Shown piece after piece: positions 29,578-40,881 of a DNA stretch of 64,000 bases (its first letter is position 1; the number at the start of each line of letters is the position of its first letter). The translations under genes and the position numbers were made by a program. The DNA lies in the NCBI GenBank assembly GCA_963702205.1, contig OY969724.1, positions 576,001 to 640,000 on the forward strand, given 5' to 3'. The notes under the pieces were generated by a model that saw only the letters and a program-made list of their open reading frames with translations, did not search any database and had not been told where the DNA came from. The DNA comes from an uncultured candidate division Zixibacteria bacterium (GTDB lineage Bacteria; Zixibacteria; MSB-5A5; GN15; PGXB01).

Positions 29578-30933
29578 TCAGGATTGTTCGGAGTCGTCGA
29601 TGTCGAATTTTTTTAATCTATAAATCAGGACGTGGCGTGGGACGCCGAGCCGTTTGGCGGCTTTGGTTTTGTTCCAGCCGGTTTTTTCGAGCGCTTCAAT
29701 AATCATCTTTCTTTCCGCTTCTTCAAGGGTCACGCGCGATTGTTTACCGTCGCCGTTTATTTCCTCATGCGGGTCAAAGGTGCCGAAATCGTCGGGGAGG
29801 TCATCGGCCGTGAGCGTCTCTCCCCGCCGGAGTATGACCATTCGCGCCATCAGATTTTCCAGTTCCCTAACGTTGCCCGGCCAGGCGTAATCCATCAGGG
29901 TTTCGGTCAGTTTGGAATCAAGGGTGACTTCTTGCCCACCGGAGTGCTTGCGCACGAATTCCCGGGCCAGAAGCGGAATATCTTCTTTGCGCTCTCTCAG
30001 ACTGGGGACGTGCAGCGGGACGACGTTCAGCCTATAGTACAAATCCTCACGGAAGCGCCCGGAGCGGACGCGGTCACGCAGGTCGACGTTGGACGCGGCG
30101 ATCAGGCGCACGTCGAACGGCCGCTTGTTTTCGGCTCCGACCGGCTCGACGACGTGCTCCTGAAGGACGCGCAGAAGTTTGGCCTGGAGGTCGATGGCCA
30201 GTTCGCTGATTTCATCGAGCAGGAGTGTTCCGCCATCGGCGAGTTCGAATTTTCCTTTTTTGTCTTTGACCGCGCCGGTGAAGGCGCCTTTGACATGGCC
30301 GAAAAGCTCCGACTCGATCAGCTCTTTCGGAATCGCGGCGCAGTTGACGGCGATGAATTCTTTGTCGGCGCGGGAGCTTTCCCGATGAATGCTGCGTGCG
30401 ACGACTTCTTTGCCGGTGCCCGACTCGCCGCTGATAAGAATGGTGGCGTCGGTGTCGGCGATCTTTTGTATCATCGATTTCAGTTCACGAAACGGCCGGG
30501 AGGCGCCGATCATCTGGTTGCCAGATTCGACCTTTTTTAATTTGCTGCGGAGCTTTCTGTTTTCGGATTCGAGCCTTTCGAAGCGCAGAGCCTTGTCGAT
30601 GGCGACGAACAGTTCCTCGTCGTCGAACGGTTTGGTGATATAGTCGAAGGCACCTAACTTGACCGCCTGCACGGCCTGTGTTACCGTGGCGTGGGCGGTG
30701 AGAAGTATTATTTTTATGTTGGGTTGTATGGTTCGCGCGTTTTCCAGCAGTTCGAGACCGTCCATTTTCGGCATGCGAATGTCGGAGAGCAAAAGGTCGA
30801 ACGGTTTTTCCTTCAGCGCTTCCAGGGCCTGAAGGCCGTCGGAGGCAGTCGAGACCGTATAGCCCTGCTTTTGGAGTTTGAACTGAAGGACCCGGCGAAC
30901 CGAGGAATCATCGTCGACCAGCAATATATTCAT
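29578..30933 (-). CDS. NtrC/ZraR-type sigma54-dependent response regulator
   Basis: Receiver domain, GESGTGKE, GAFTGA, Fis-type HTH. Confidence 0.95.
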   Translation of the reverse strand: MNILLVDDDSSVRRVLQFKLQKQGYTVSTASDGLQALEALKEKPFDLLLSDIRMPKMDGLELLENARTIQPNIKIILLTAHATVTQAVQAVKLGAFDYITKPFDDEELFVAIDKALRFERLESENRKLRSKLKKVESGNQMIGASRPFRELKSMIQKIADTDATILISGESGTGKEVVARSIHRESSRADKEFIAVNCAAIPKELIESELFGHVKGAFTGAVKDKKGKFELADGGTLLLDEISELAIDLQAKLLRVLQEHVVEPVGAENKRPFDVRLIAASNVDLRDRVRSGRFREDLYYRLNVVPLHVPSLRERKEDIPLLAREFVRKHSGGQEVTLDSKLTETLMDYAWPGNVRELENLMARMVILRRGETLTADDLPDDFGTFDPHEEINGDGKQSRVTLEEAERKMIIEALEKTGWNKTKAAKRLGVPRHVLIYRLKKFDIDDSEQS

Positions 30934-31991
30934 GCCTGAACTCCGGGATTTAGCGATGGGATCGTAATTTGCGCCATGGCTCCACCGCCGGGGCGATTTT
31001 CGAGTTTGATGGTGCCGCGGTGCTGATCCATTATATTTTTCGCGATAGCGAGGCCGAGGCCGGTCCCCGTCGATTTGGTCGTGAAGAAAGGTTCGAATAT
31101 TTTATTGGCATCGGTTTCGGTTATGCCGTCGCCGGAATCTTCCACGGTGATTACAGCATCGCGGTCATCCGTTTTCAGGGTGACTTCGATTGTAGATCCA
31201 TCGGGCGAGGCATCCATCGCGTTGAGCAACAGGTTAAGAATGACCTGGTGGATTTTTTCCGCGTCGCCGTTGACCTTAATCTGGTCGTCGATATGACTGA
31301 CGATGCTGATATCACGCTTTCCGGATTGCGGCTGCACCTGTCGCAGGCTGGATTGTACTATCTCGGCCAGATTGAAATCGTTCATTTGCGTTTCGCTGGG
31401 TCGCGCAAATTCGAGAAAATCACTGACGCTGGCGTTGATGCGTTTTACTTCCTTGAACACGATCGACTTGAATTCTTCACGGTCGTCGGGCGCCGTGGTA
31501 TCGTCGTTGAGAATCTCGACCGCTCCCTTGATCGACGCCAGTGGATTTTTAATTTCGTGAGCCATGCCTGCGGCGATCTGACCGACCAGGGACATTTTCT
31601 GTGAGCGTTCGAGGCGGAGGCGCATCTCCTCGGCTTTGCGCCGGGCTTTGTATTCGCGCTCGATCAGGCCGCCGGTCAATAGTGCGATGGCGAAATAGAA
31701 AACGATCTCGGTGAATTCATCGACCAAAGCGTGCACTTCGAGATGCGATCCGAGAATGTACGGTAATATCGCGACGGATATGAACAGGGCCGTAAGCAGA
31801 CCGCCTCTCAGCCCGAACCAGGTCGCGGCGATGACAATCGGGATGTAACAAAAGCGGCCGTGGATGGCGTGAATCCAGTGGATGTGCCCGAATATCGGTT
31901 CAATCAACCAGCCATAGTGGATGCCCAGCGTCAGAGAAATCACGCCGGCGAGGATGTAGATTTTGGTTGTATTCTTTTCGGGTTTCCACAT
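30930..31991 (-). CDS. Sensor histidine kinase with a His-rich intramembrane sensor
   Basis: AHEIKNPL H-box, N/G/F boxes; N-terminal TMs with HIHWIHAIH. Confidence 0.92.
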   Translation of the reverse strand: MWKPEKNTTKIYILAGVISLTLGIHYGWLIEPIFGHIHWIHAIHGRFCYIPIVIAATWFGLRGGLLTALFISVAILPYILGSHLEVHALVDEFTEIVFYFAIALLTGGLIEREYKARRKAEEMRLRLERSQKMSLVGQIAAGMAHEIKNPLASIKGAVEILNDDTTAPDDREEFKSIVFKEVKRINASVSDFLEFARPSETQMNDFNLAEIVQSSLRQVQPQSGKRDISIVSHIDDQIKVNGDAEKIHQVILNLLLNAMDASPDGSTIEVTLKTDDRDAVITVEDSGDGITETDANKIFEPFFTTKSTGTGLGLAIAKNIMDQHRGTIKLENRPGGGAMAQITIPSLNPGVQA

Positions 31992-32020
31992 TGATTGTCA
32001 TACCTCATTGTATATATAAG

Positions 32021-32035
32021 GCAACAATTGTGCCC
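32021..32035 (-). promoter_or_regulatory. sigma54 -24/-12 promoter for the kinase/regulator operon
   Basis: Minus strand reads GGGCAC-AATTG-TTGC. Confidence 0.55.
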
Positions 32036-32163
32036 GGTTGGCCGGGGTCACCTTATCGGCCCGGTAAGGTTCTAAATGACAAAGAGATATAATTTCGGAC
32101 CGACGGCAGTTTGTCATCTTCTACTTCTTATAACGGATTTTCTTCAATAATATTACACAATTA

Positions 32164-32179
32164 TGTAGAATATTCTACA
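32164..32179. promoter_or_regulatory. Putative enhancer (UAS) for the sigma54 activator
   Basis: Perfect palindrome TGTAGAATATTCTACA (TGT-N10-ACA). Confidence 0.6.
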
Positions 32180-32244
32180 AATAAATTCTATATTATTTAG
32201 ATCAAGAGTATTTAAGTCGTTATCAATTAATGGGTTTGCAATAA

Positions 32245-32260
32245 TGGCACGCGGTTTGAC
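32245..32260 (+). promoter_or_regulatory. sigma54 -24/-12 promoter for the efflux operon
   Basis: TGGCAC-GCGGT-TTGAC. Confidence 0.6.
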
Positions 32261-32274
32261 ATTATATAAGACTC

Positions 32275-33681
32275 ATGAAGAACTATGGTATGGAAAAAGC
32301 TTTATTTGGCAACCACGGTGAAAGATTAATATTCCAAATGATTACCCTGATTTTAATAAGTTCGGTGTTGTTCACGGGTGCGGCGAATGGCTCCGAAAAA
32401 TCCGAGGCTCATAAGACGGCCGATTCGCTTTCGGCGATGATGCAACAGCAGGCTCAAACTCTTCCCCAATTTGATTCGACGACTACTATTGATGATTACC
32501 TGACTGTCGCCATGAAAAATAATCCCGGTCTTAGGGCGGCTTTTAATCAGTGGGTGGCCGATCTTAAAAAATCCGATTATGCCGGGGCACTGCCCGACCC
32601 GATGTTGAGCTATGGTTATTTTATCGAAAGGGTCGAGACGAGAGTCGGTCCGCAGGAGCAGCGTTTCAGTTTACGCCAATCGTTTCCGTGGTTCGGGACG
32701 CTCGGTGCGAAAAAAGATATGGCGTTTGCCATGTCGCAGGCATCGTACAAGCATTTCGAGTCGGCGCGGCTAAAGCTGTTTTATGAGGTCAAGTCCGCTT
32801 TCTACGATTATTACTACCTCGGCCGTGACATACAAATTACCAATGACAACCTTGAGCTGTTGAAGTTCTGGGAGTCGGTGGCGCGGTCAAAGTATAAAGT
32901 CGGGCTGAAGCAGTACCCCGACGTAATCAAAGCGCAGGTTGAACTCGGAAAACTCGAAGATCACCTTTATACATTACGGGACAAACGAATCCCGGTTTCG
33001 GCCCGGCTGCGGGCACTATTAGGATTACCGGATGGAAATTTGCTTCCGATTCCAACGAAGATTTCCGTCAATGAAAGCGGGCTTGCAAAAGATTCAGTGG
33101 TGGCGTTGATAGTCCGTAACAATCCCGATTTGATGGCTCTTCAGCAGGTCGTCGAAAGCAGCCGCGCCGGAGAGCTTCTGGCCGGCAAGCAGGCTCTTCC
33201 CCAGTTTTCGGTTGGTGTCGATTATATACAGACCGGTCCGGCGCTCAATCCCGATCTTCCTGAAAGCGGCAAAGACCCGTGGATGGTCAGCGCGAGCGTA
33301 TCGCTGCCGATCTGGTTTGGCAAGAACGGCGCCCGTAAAAGCGAAGCGAAAGCTCGCCGCAAGGCGGCCGAGTACAGTCTCGACGACAACCGGAACCGCC
33401 TGACGGCGGCGGCGGAAAAAACACTTTTCGAATATTCCGACGCTCTTCGCAAGACCAAACTTTATCGCGACGGGCTGGTACCCAAAGCCGAGCAGTCGCT
33501 GAAGGCGATATATGCATCGTACGAATCCGGCGGGATGGATTTTCTGAACTTGCTGGATGCCCAGCGGCAGCTGCTTGATTTCCGGTTGACGGTCGCACGG
33601 GAAAAAGCCGCGCTGGCCACGAAAAGAGCCGAGCTGGAAATGCTCGGCGGCACCGAACTCGATAAGTACACTCAAAAGTAA
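32275..33681 (+). CDS. TolC/CusC-like outer-membrane factor
   Basis: NNPGLRAA, LPDP, PWFG and FLNLLDAQR; start uncertain. Confidence 0.9.
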   Translation: MKNYGMEKALFGNHGERLIFQMITLILISSVLFTGAANGSEKSEAHKTADSLSAMMQQQAQTLPQFDSTTTIDDYLTVAMKNNPGLRAAFNQWVADLKKSDYAGALPDPMLSYGYFIERVETRVGPQEQRFSLRQSFPWFGTLGAKKDMAFAMSQASYKHFESARLKLFYEVKSAFYDYYYLGRDIQITNDNLELLKFWESVARSKYKVGLKQYPDVIKAQVELGKLEDHLYTLRDKRIPVSARLRALLGLPDGNLLPIPTKISVNESGLAKDSVVALIVRNNPDLMALQQVVESSRAGELLAGKQALPQFSVGVDYIQTGPALNPDLPESGKDPWMVSASVSLPIWFGKNGARKSEAKARRKAAEYSLDDNRNRLTAAAEKTLFEYSDALRKTKLYRDGLVPKAEQSLKAIYASYESGGMDFLNLLDAQRQLLDFRLTVAREKAALATKRAELEMLGGTELDKYTQK

Positions 33682-33702
33682 CCCACTTTAAGGAGTAATG
33701 AA

Positions 33703-34224
33703 ATGCGTACGTTCAAACACACTTTCACCGCCCTGGCCGTCATTCTGGGACTGGCCGTGGCAGCCAACGCCGGGTACACCGAGAAGGCCAAACCGGCCGA
33801 CGCCCCGAAAGAGTTTCACAATCAGACTAACTGCCCGGTCATGGGCGGCAAGATCGACTCGACGTACTACACGGATATACAGGGACAGCGGGTGTATCAT
33901 TGCTGTCCGATGTGCTCGGCCAAGCTGAAAGCCGATCCCGACAAGTACTTCCAGAAGGCCGCCGAAGAAGGCGTGCTTTTTGAAAACATCCAGACCAACT
34001 GCCCCGTATCCGGTGAAAAGCTGGAAGACAAGACGGTTTTCACTGACTATCAGGGCCGTCGCGTTTATTTCTGCTGCAAGCAGTGCCGGGGCAAATTCGC
34101 CGCCGATCCGGATACCTATTTGAAGAAATTGGATGAAATGACTGATCCGGGTGACAAGGCGGAATCCGAGACCGACAAAATGGAAATGAAGGAACACGAA
34201 GAACACGGCGAGCAGCATAATTAG
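33703..34224 (+). CDS. Exported tandem YHS/TRASH-domain protein
   Basis: Signal peptide; CPVMG...HCCPMC and CPVSG...FCCKQC; His/Glu-rich tail. Confidence 0.85.
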   Translation: MRTFKHTFTALAVILGLAVAANAGYTEKAKPADAPKEFHNQTNCPVMGGKIDSTYYTDIQGQRVYHCCPMCSAKLKADPDKYFQKAAEEGVLFENIQTNCPVSGEKLEDKTVFTDYQGRRVYFCCKQCRGKFAADPDTYLKKLDEMTDPGDKAESETDKMEMKEHEEHGEQHN

Positions 34225-34260
34225 AATACAAGAATCCTGGAATGAACGAGGTAAAATGTC

Positions 34261-36213
34261 ATGACCGTTGAAAAATCAAAGCAATCCAGATGGCTGGGGA
34301 TATTCCCGAAGGAGCGCTCTGTCGTGGTCTCCATTGTCTTAATCGCGGTCGTGGCGTTTATTGTCGGAGGTCTGATGCTCGGTGGCGGGTCCCCCGGCGA
34401 CTCCTCGCAGGCCGACCCGGCAGGGTCGGGTTCCGCCGTGGCAAGCACTTCCACCGACACGATTTGGACGTGCTCGATGCACCCGCAGATACGCATGCAC
34501 AAGCCGGGAAAATGCCCGATCTGCTTCATGGACCTTATTCCGGTCAGTTCGAACGGTGGCGGTGGAGGGCTTGGACCGGATCAAATCCGTCTTTCAGAAA
34601 CGGCCATGCAGCTGGCCAACATCCAGACGACGGCGGTGACAAGAGCTTATGCCGTGCGAGCGGTGCGCATGGTCGGCAAGCTCGACTACGATGAAACCCG
34701 GGTATCGTACATCACGGCCTGGGTGCCGGGACGGCTCGACAGTCTTTTTATCGACTATACCGGAGCGGTCGTATCCAAAGGTGATCGCATGGCTCTTATG
34801 TACTCACCGGAACTGGTCTCCGCCCGGGAAGAACTCCTGCAGGCGAAGCAGGCGGTCGAGACTCTCGGTGACGCCAGCAGTGACATTTTGAAGTCGACCG
34901 CCAAAGAGACGCTTCAGTCGACCCGGGAGAAACTGCGCTTGTACGGACTTTCCGAAGATCAGATTGCGTCTCTCGAACGGGACAGCCTGCTGTCGGAACA
35001 TGTAACGCTTACGGCACCGTCGGGAGGAGTCGTCATACATAAGGACGCGACACAGGGGATGTACGTCTCGACGGGAGCAAAGATATATACCATCGCTGAT
35101 CTGAAAAAGCTCTGGGTGGTACTGCGGGCGTACGAGTCGGATTTGCCGTGGCTGCGCAATGGGCAGCATGTTACGTTTACGTCGCCGTCGTTTCCCGGCG
35201 AAAAATTCGATGCCGTGATCGATTTTATCGATCCGGTCGTTGATCAATCAACACGTACGGTGGAAGTACGCGCCGAGGTCGACAATACCGACGGACGTCT
35301 CAAGCCGGAGATGTTCGTCAGCGCGGTGGTGCAGTCTCGCCTTGACGCCGGAGGCAACGTAGTTGCATCCAATCCCGATGGTCCCGCGCCGCTTCTGGTT
35401 CCGGTCACGGCACCGCTTATTACGGGACAGAGGGCCATCGTCTATGTCGAGACGCCGGCTGACAGTGGTTCGGTTTTTGAGGGCCGTGAAGTCACGCTCG
35501 GACCGAGAGCAGGTGATTTTTATGTCGTGAAGGCCGGCCTCAAAGAGGGCGAGCTGGTGGTGACCAACGGTGCTTTCAAGCTCGACAGCGAACTGCAAAT
35601 CGAGGCCAGGCCGAGTATGATGTCGCCGGAGGCCGGTGCGGCTGCGACGGAGCATCATCATGTCGAGACGGTTCCGGCCGCTGCGATAGTTCCTCCAAAA
35701 AGGGTCGATTACAAGGCAGGCTCAGCCAAACGGCTCGACCATTGCGAAGAAGCGCAACAAGCTCTGAAATCCGTGTATAAGTCGTATTTCGACGTGCAAA
35801 TGTCCCTGGCCAACGACGATCCTGACGCGGCCAAATCGGCATCCGGAGCTTTGGTAAAATCAATTTCAGATGTTGAGATGAGTTTATTCAAAGGCGAGGC
35901 GCACGAACGGTGGATGGAAATATCGACCGCGCTCACACGCGCCGCCGAGTCGGGACAAAAGGCGACGACAATTGACGATGCCCGTGATGCTTTCTTTCAC
36001 CTGTCGCAGGCGGCCATCGAACTGCACGATACGTTCGGTCATGCCGGAGACGCGCCGTACTATTTAACTTTCTGTCCCATGGCCAGAGAAAAAGCCGGGG
36101 CGTGGTGGCTGCAGACAGCCGATATCGTCCTTAATTCTTTTTACGGAGAAAAGATGCTCCGCTGCGGCGAAATCAAACAACCTCTTCCCCCCGGCGACAG
36201 GGTGACGGAGTAA
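34261..36213 (+). CDS. cusB: CusB-like membrane fusion protein with heavy-metal-binding domain and DUF3347-like C-terminus
   Basis: WTCSMHP...CPICFMDL, YSPEL, LKPEM and C-terminal CPMA...MLRCG. Confidence 0.88.
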   Translation: MTVEKSKQSRWLGIFPKERSVVVSIVLIAVVAFIVGGLMLGGGSPGDSSQADPAGSGSAVASTSTDTIWTCSMHPQIRMHKPGKCPICFMDLIPVSSNGGGGGLGPDQIRLSETAMQLANIQTTAVTRAYAVRAVRMVGKLDYDETRVSYITAWVPGRLDSLFIDYTGAVVSKGDRMALMYSPELVSAREELLQAKQAVETLGDASSDILKSTAKETLQSTREKLRLYGLSEDQIASLERDSLLSEHVTLTAPSGGVVIHKDATQGMYVSTGAKIYTIADLKKLWVVLRAYESDLPWLRNGQHVTFTSPSFPGEKFDAVIDFIDPVVDQSTRTVEVRAEVDNTDGRLKPEMFVSAVVQSRLDAGGNVVASNPDGPAPLLVPVTAPLITGQRAIVYVETPADSGSVFEGREVTLGPRAGDFYVVKAGLKEGELVVTNGAFKLDSELQIEARPSMMSPEAGAAATEHHHVETVPAAAIVPPKRVDYKAGSAKRLDHCEEAQQALKSVYKSYFDVQMSLANDDPDAAKSASGALVKSISDVEMSLFKGEAHERWMEISTALTRAAESGQKATTIDDARDAFFHLSQAAIELHDTFGHAGDAPYYLTFCPMAREKAGAWWLQTADIVLNSFYGEKMLRCGEIKQPLPPGDRVTE

Positions 36214-36220
36214 CCGGGTC

Positions 36221-39200
36221 ATGGCACAACCTCAGCAGGATTTCGGGCGCCCGTCCCTGATTGACCGGGTTATCAGGTACTGCCTGGAAAACAAGCTCGT
36301 CGTCATTCTGATTATGATGGTCCTCATCGGCTGGGGCGTCATGGTCGCACCGTTCGACTGGAAGATCGGCGGCTTGCAGCGCAATCCGGTTCCGGTCGAT
36401 GCCATACCGGATATCGGCGAAAACCAGCAGATCGTGTTTACCGAGTGGATGGGGCGTTCGCCGCAGGACGTGGAGGATCAGATCACGTACCCTCTGACGG
36501 TGGCGCTGCTCGGTATTCCGGGTGTCAAAACTATCCGCAGTTATTCGTATTTCGGATTTTCCAGTATCTACGTGATTTTCAAAGACGACGTCGAATTTTA
36601 CTGGTCGCGTTCGCGGGTGCTGGAAAAACTGAACTCGCTGCCGGGCGGCACGCTGCCCGATGGAGTACAGCCGGCGCTCGGTCCCGATGCCACGGCGCTG
36701 GGGCAGGTCTTTTGGTACACGCTCGAAGGTCGCGACAAAGACGGTAACCCGACGGGCGGCTGGGACTTGCACGAGCTGCGTTCGATTCAGGACTGGACGG
36801 TGCGTTATGCATTACAGTCGGCCGACGGTGTATCTGAAGTGGCGTCGGTCGGCGGGTTCATACAGGAATACCAGATCGACGTCAACCCCGACGCCATGCG
36901 CGCCAACGGCGTCAAGTTGAGCGACGTTTTCAATGCCGTGCGCAGCTCCAATGTCGACGTCGGTGCAAAAACGATAGAGATCAACAAGGTCGAATATGTT
37001 ATCCGGGGTTTGGGGTTTATCAAGAACACATCGGATATCGAAAATACGGTTGTCAAACAGACCGGCAACGTCCCGATACGAGTGGCCGACGTGGCCTCGG
37101 TCTCACTGGGACCGGCGCTCAGACGCGGTGCGCTCGATAAGGGCGGCGCCGAAGTGGTCGGCGGCGTGGTGGTGGTGCGCTATGGTGAGAATCCGCTCGC
37201 TACCATAAATAATGTCAAGGCCAAAATAGCCCAAATAGCTCCCGGTCTGCCGAAGAAAGTTCTGCCCGACGGCCGCACGTCGCAGGTGACCGTGGTTCCG
37301 TTTTACGACCGGTCCGGGTTGATTTATGAAACGCTCGGAACGCTCGACACGGCGTTGGTGGATGAAATACTCGTTACGATAATAGTCGGTACTAATGATG
37401 GTCATGCACCTGCGCAGTTCGCTTCTCATTTCGGGATTATTGCCTTTGACGGTACTTATTGCCTTTATCGCGATGAAAATGTTCGGTGTCGATGCCAATG
37501 TCGTGGCGCTGTCCGGAATTGCCATCGCCATCGGGACCATTGTCGATATGGGTATAGTTATTTGTGAAAATATATTGAAACATATCGACGCTTCCTCTCC
37601 GGGTGAGAACCTTCTGGAAATAATTTACCGCGCATCGTCGGAAGTCGGCAGCGCGGTCCTTACCGCTATCGCGACCACGGTCGTTTCATTTCTGCCGGTG
37701 TTTACCATGCAGGCGGCGGAAGGCAAGCTGTTCAAGCCGCTGGCGTATACCAAGACGTTTGCACTTGTTGCTTCAGTTATTATAGCGTTGACGATTATTC
37801 CCCCAATGGCGCACATACTCTTTACCCGGGGTAAAAACCTGGCAAGGTCGCGTAAACTGTGGCCGTTCGGACTGGGGCTGGCGGGTGTCGCGGCGTTCCT
37901 TTTCGCCTTCTGGTTTACCGGGCTGCTGTTGATTGCAATCGGGGTGTATTTGTACTTCAAAGATAAATTTCCTGAAAAGATCACCTCGAAAGTTCCGACG
38001 TATTTCAATTATATGGTGGTTATCATAGTCGGCTGGCTTCTGGCGGGCCACTGGGAGCCGCTCGGGGTCGACGCCGGGACATTTGTCAATTTCCTGTTCG
38101 TGGCGATACTGCTCGGCGGCATATTGTTTTTGTTCCGGATGTTTTCAAGAGCGTACGAAACGATTCTCCGCTGGTGCCTGGCGCACAAGGCGATGTTTTT
38201 ATCAATGCCGGCTTTGTTGGTGTTGATAGGATTAATGGCCTGGCTGGGGTTCGGCAAAATATTCGGGTGGATGCCAAGCTGGGTCCGCTCGACGCGACCG
38301 TACGTGGCCCTGAACCATACGTTTCCAGGGTTGGGCAAAGAATTCATGCCGAATCTGGACGAAGGATCTTTCCTGTGGATGCCGACCACTATGCCGCACG
38401 CTTCGATAGGTGAGGCTCTCGACGTGCTGCAGCATCAGGACAAGGCCTTTTCGAGTATACCGGAAGTTGAATCGGTTGTCGGCAAGCTCGGACGGGCCGA
38501 CTCCCCGCTCGATCCTGCTCCTATTTCGATGTTCGAGACCGTGATAAATTACAAGTCGAAATACAAGGAAGACAAGAACGGTCACCGCCTGCAGTTTAAG
38601 TACGATGATGATAAACTGGAATTCGTGCGCGATGAAAAAGGTGACCTGATTCCCGACACGCACGGTCGACCGTTCCGTAACTGGCGCGACCAGATAAAAT
38701 CGCCCGATGATATCTGGAATGAGATCGTCAAGGCCGGTAAGATGATCGGGACGACGTCGGCACCGAAGCTGCAGCCGATTGCGGCAAGAATCGTGATGCT
38801 TCAGTCCGGAATGCGGGCCCCGATGGGCGTGAAAGTCAAGGGTCCCGATCTTGAGACGATCGAGAAAGTCGGGTTCGAAATTGAAAAGTACTTAAAGGAA
38901 GTACCGTCGATCGAACCGTCGGCCGTCCTCGCCGACCGGATCGTCGGGAAACCGTACCTTGAAATAAATATCGACCGTGAAAAGATCGCCCGCTACGGTT
39001 TAAGTATCAGACAGGTCCAGGACGTGATCGAGGTCGCGATCGGCGGGAAAAATCTGACGACCACGGTCGAGGGTCGCGAACGATACCCGGTGCGTGTGCG
39101 GTATCAAAGGGAGTTGCGTAATAATCTCGATGAACTCGGCAAAGTGCTGGTTCCGACACCGACCGGGGCGCAGATACCGCTGATCGAGCTGGCCGAGATA

Positions 39201-40019
39201 AACTACGTACGCGGGCCGATGGTCATAAAATCCGAAAACACGCAGTTGGTCGGTTATGTAATTTTTGACAAAAAGCCTGAGCATGCCGAGGTCGACGTGG
39301 TCCGTGAGGCACAAAAATATCTGCAGAGTAAGATCGATTCGGGCGAGTTCGACATCCCGGCCGGGGTGAGCTATGAGTTCGCCGGTTCGTATCAGAATCA
39401 GGTGCGGTCGGAGAAAAAACTCATGGTTGTCCTGCCTTTGTCTTTGGTTGTAATATTTCTGATATTATACTTCCAGTTCAAGAAAGTCTCGACGACGTTA
39501 TTGGTTTTCTCCGGCATCTTCGTGGCGTGGTCCGGAGGATTTTTGATGCTGTGGCTTTACAGCCAGCACTGGTTTTTGAATTTTTCGACGTTCGGGGTAT
39601 CGTTGCGGGAGTTGTTCCAGGTGCATACGTTCAACCTGTCGGTGGCAGTGTGGGTCGGTTTTCTGGCTTTGTTCGGAATTGCGACCGACGACGGTGTCAT
39701 TATATCGACCTATCTCAAGCAGGTTTTCGAGCGCGAGAAGCCGTCGACCGTCGAGGAAATCCGCGAGGCGACGGTTAAAGCGGGCAAGCGGCGTATTCGC
39801 CCGGCTCTGATGACGGTGGCGACGACAATATTAGCGCTGATCCCGGTTTTGACGTCGACCGGCCGCGGCGCGGACATTATGGTTCCGATGGCGATACCGT
39901 CGTTCGGCGGCATGACGGTCGTGCTGATCACTGTTTTTACCGTACCGACCTTGTACTGCCTGTTGGCTGAAATGAAGGCAAAACGTCAGATGGCGAGCAC
40001 GGAGGAGGTTGCGCCATGA
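36221..40019 (+). CDS. cusA: CusA/SilA heavy-metal RND permease, split by a +1 frameshift at 37388
   Basis: DAIPDIGENQQIV, LGPDATALG and RIRPALMT; removing one G gives VTIIVVLMMVMHLRSS. Confidence 0.9.
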
Positions 40020-40855
40020 ACATGAGAGATTTTCAATATATTATAAGTCGATATTTGTGGTTGATCGCGGCCGTATTGCTTGTGACATCGGGGCAAGCAC
40101 AGGCTCAGGCTGTAACCAATGAGTACTGCCCGGTGACGACGACCGAGAAAGTCGACAAAAACGTCTTTCTGGATTATAAAGGCCGGCGGATTTATTTTTG
40201 CTGCAATAAATGTCGCCGGGATTTTCTGGCCAATCCTGACGCCTACCTGGCAAATCTCCAGACGACAGACAATGCAACCGGCGACAGTTCGGCGACCGCT
40301 GAAGCGGTGCATGAAGAAGATGTTTCGACAAAACAGGCAGTTGCGGCTCATCCCGATATCGCCGGGACATCCGAACATGATGAAACCGGAGTGCACGAAC
40401 ACGAGCACGGGGGCAGTTCCGGGGTGATAGCTTTCCTCGGGAAGCTGCATCCGGCCGTAGTTCATTTCCCTATTGCACTGGTGCTCGTGGCTCTGGCGTT
40501 TGTCGTGGTACGGCTGATTTTCGGGCTGGAGCGGTATGAGGAAATGGCTGCGACCATCATATATTGGGCGGCGTTTTCGGCCATAGTGGCGGCGCTTCTG
40601 GGCTTGGCGAGAGCATCGGGATCGAAATTCCCATCGTTTCTGGAAAGCTATTTCCTGTGGCACCGGGCGCTGGGTCTGGTGACCGCTGTACTGACGACTG
40701 TGACGGCTGTCACGGCATTTGAGTGGAAACACAGTGGTTCTCGTAAGCTATTGGTGGTCTTCAGAATACTACTGGTTTTAACGGCCGTTGTGGTAGGAAT
40801 CGCCGGGCATTTGGGGGCGACGCTGGTGTTTGGGCCCAACTATTATTCGGGGTAG
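40016..40855 (+). CDS. YHS domain plus DUF2231-like membrane domain fusion
   Basis: CPV...FCCNKC, His-rich linker, HPAVVHFP and GHLGATLV. Confidence 0.8.
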   Translation: MNMRDFQYIISRYLWLIAAVLLVTSGQAQAQAVTNEYCPVTTTEKVDKNVFLDYKGRRIYFCCNKCRRDFLANPDAYLANLQTTDNATGDSSATAEAVHEEDVSTKQAVAAHPDIAGTSEHDETGVHEHEHGGSSGVIAFLGKLHPAVVHFPIALVLVALAFVVVRLIFGLERYEEMAATIIYWAAFSAIVAALLGLARASGSKFPSFLESYFLWHRALGLVTAVLTTVTAVTAFEWKHSGSRKLLVVFRILLVLTAVVVGIAGHLGATLVFGPNYYSG

Positions 40856-40881
40856 TTGTATAACGAAAAAAAGGAAAACGG

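Noticed and set aside
36221..40019. cusA (and DUF5916, TlpA, haem protein) as true pseudogenes or programmed frameshifts
   Set aside because: No slippery heptamers or other decay; the shared GTAC context favours a systematic consensus error.
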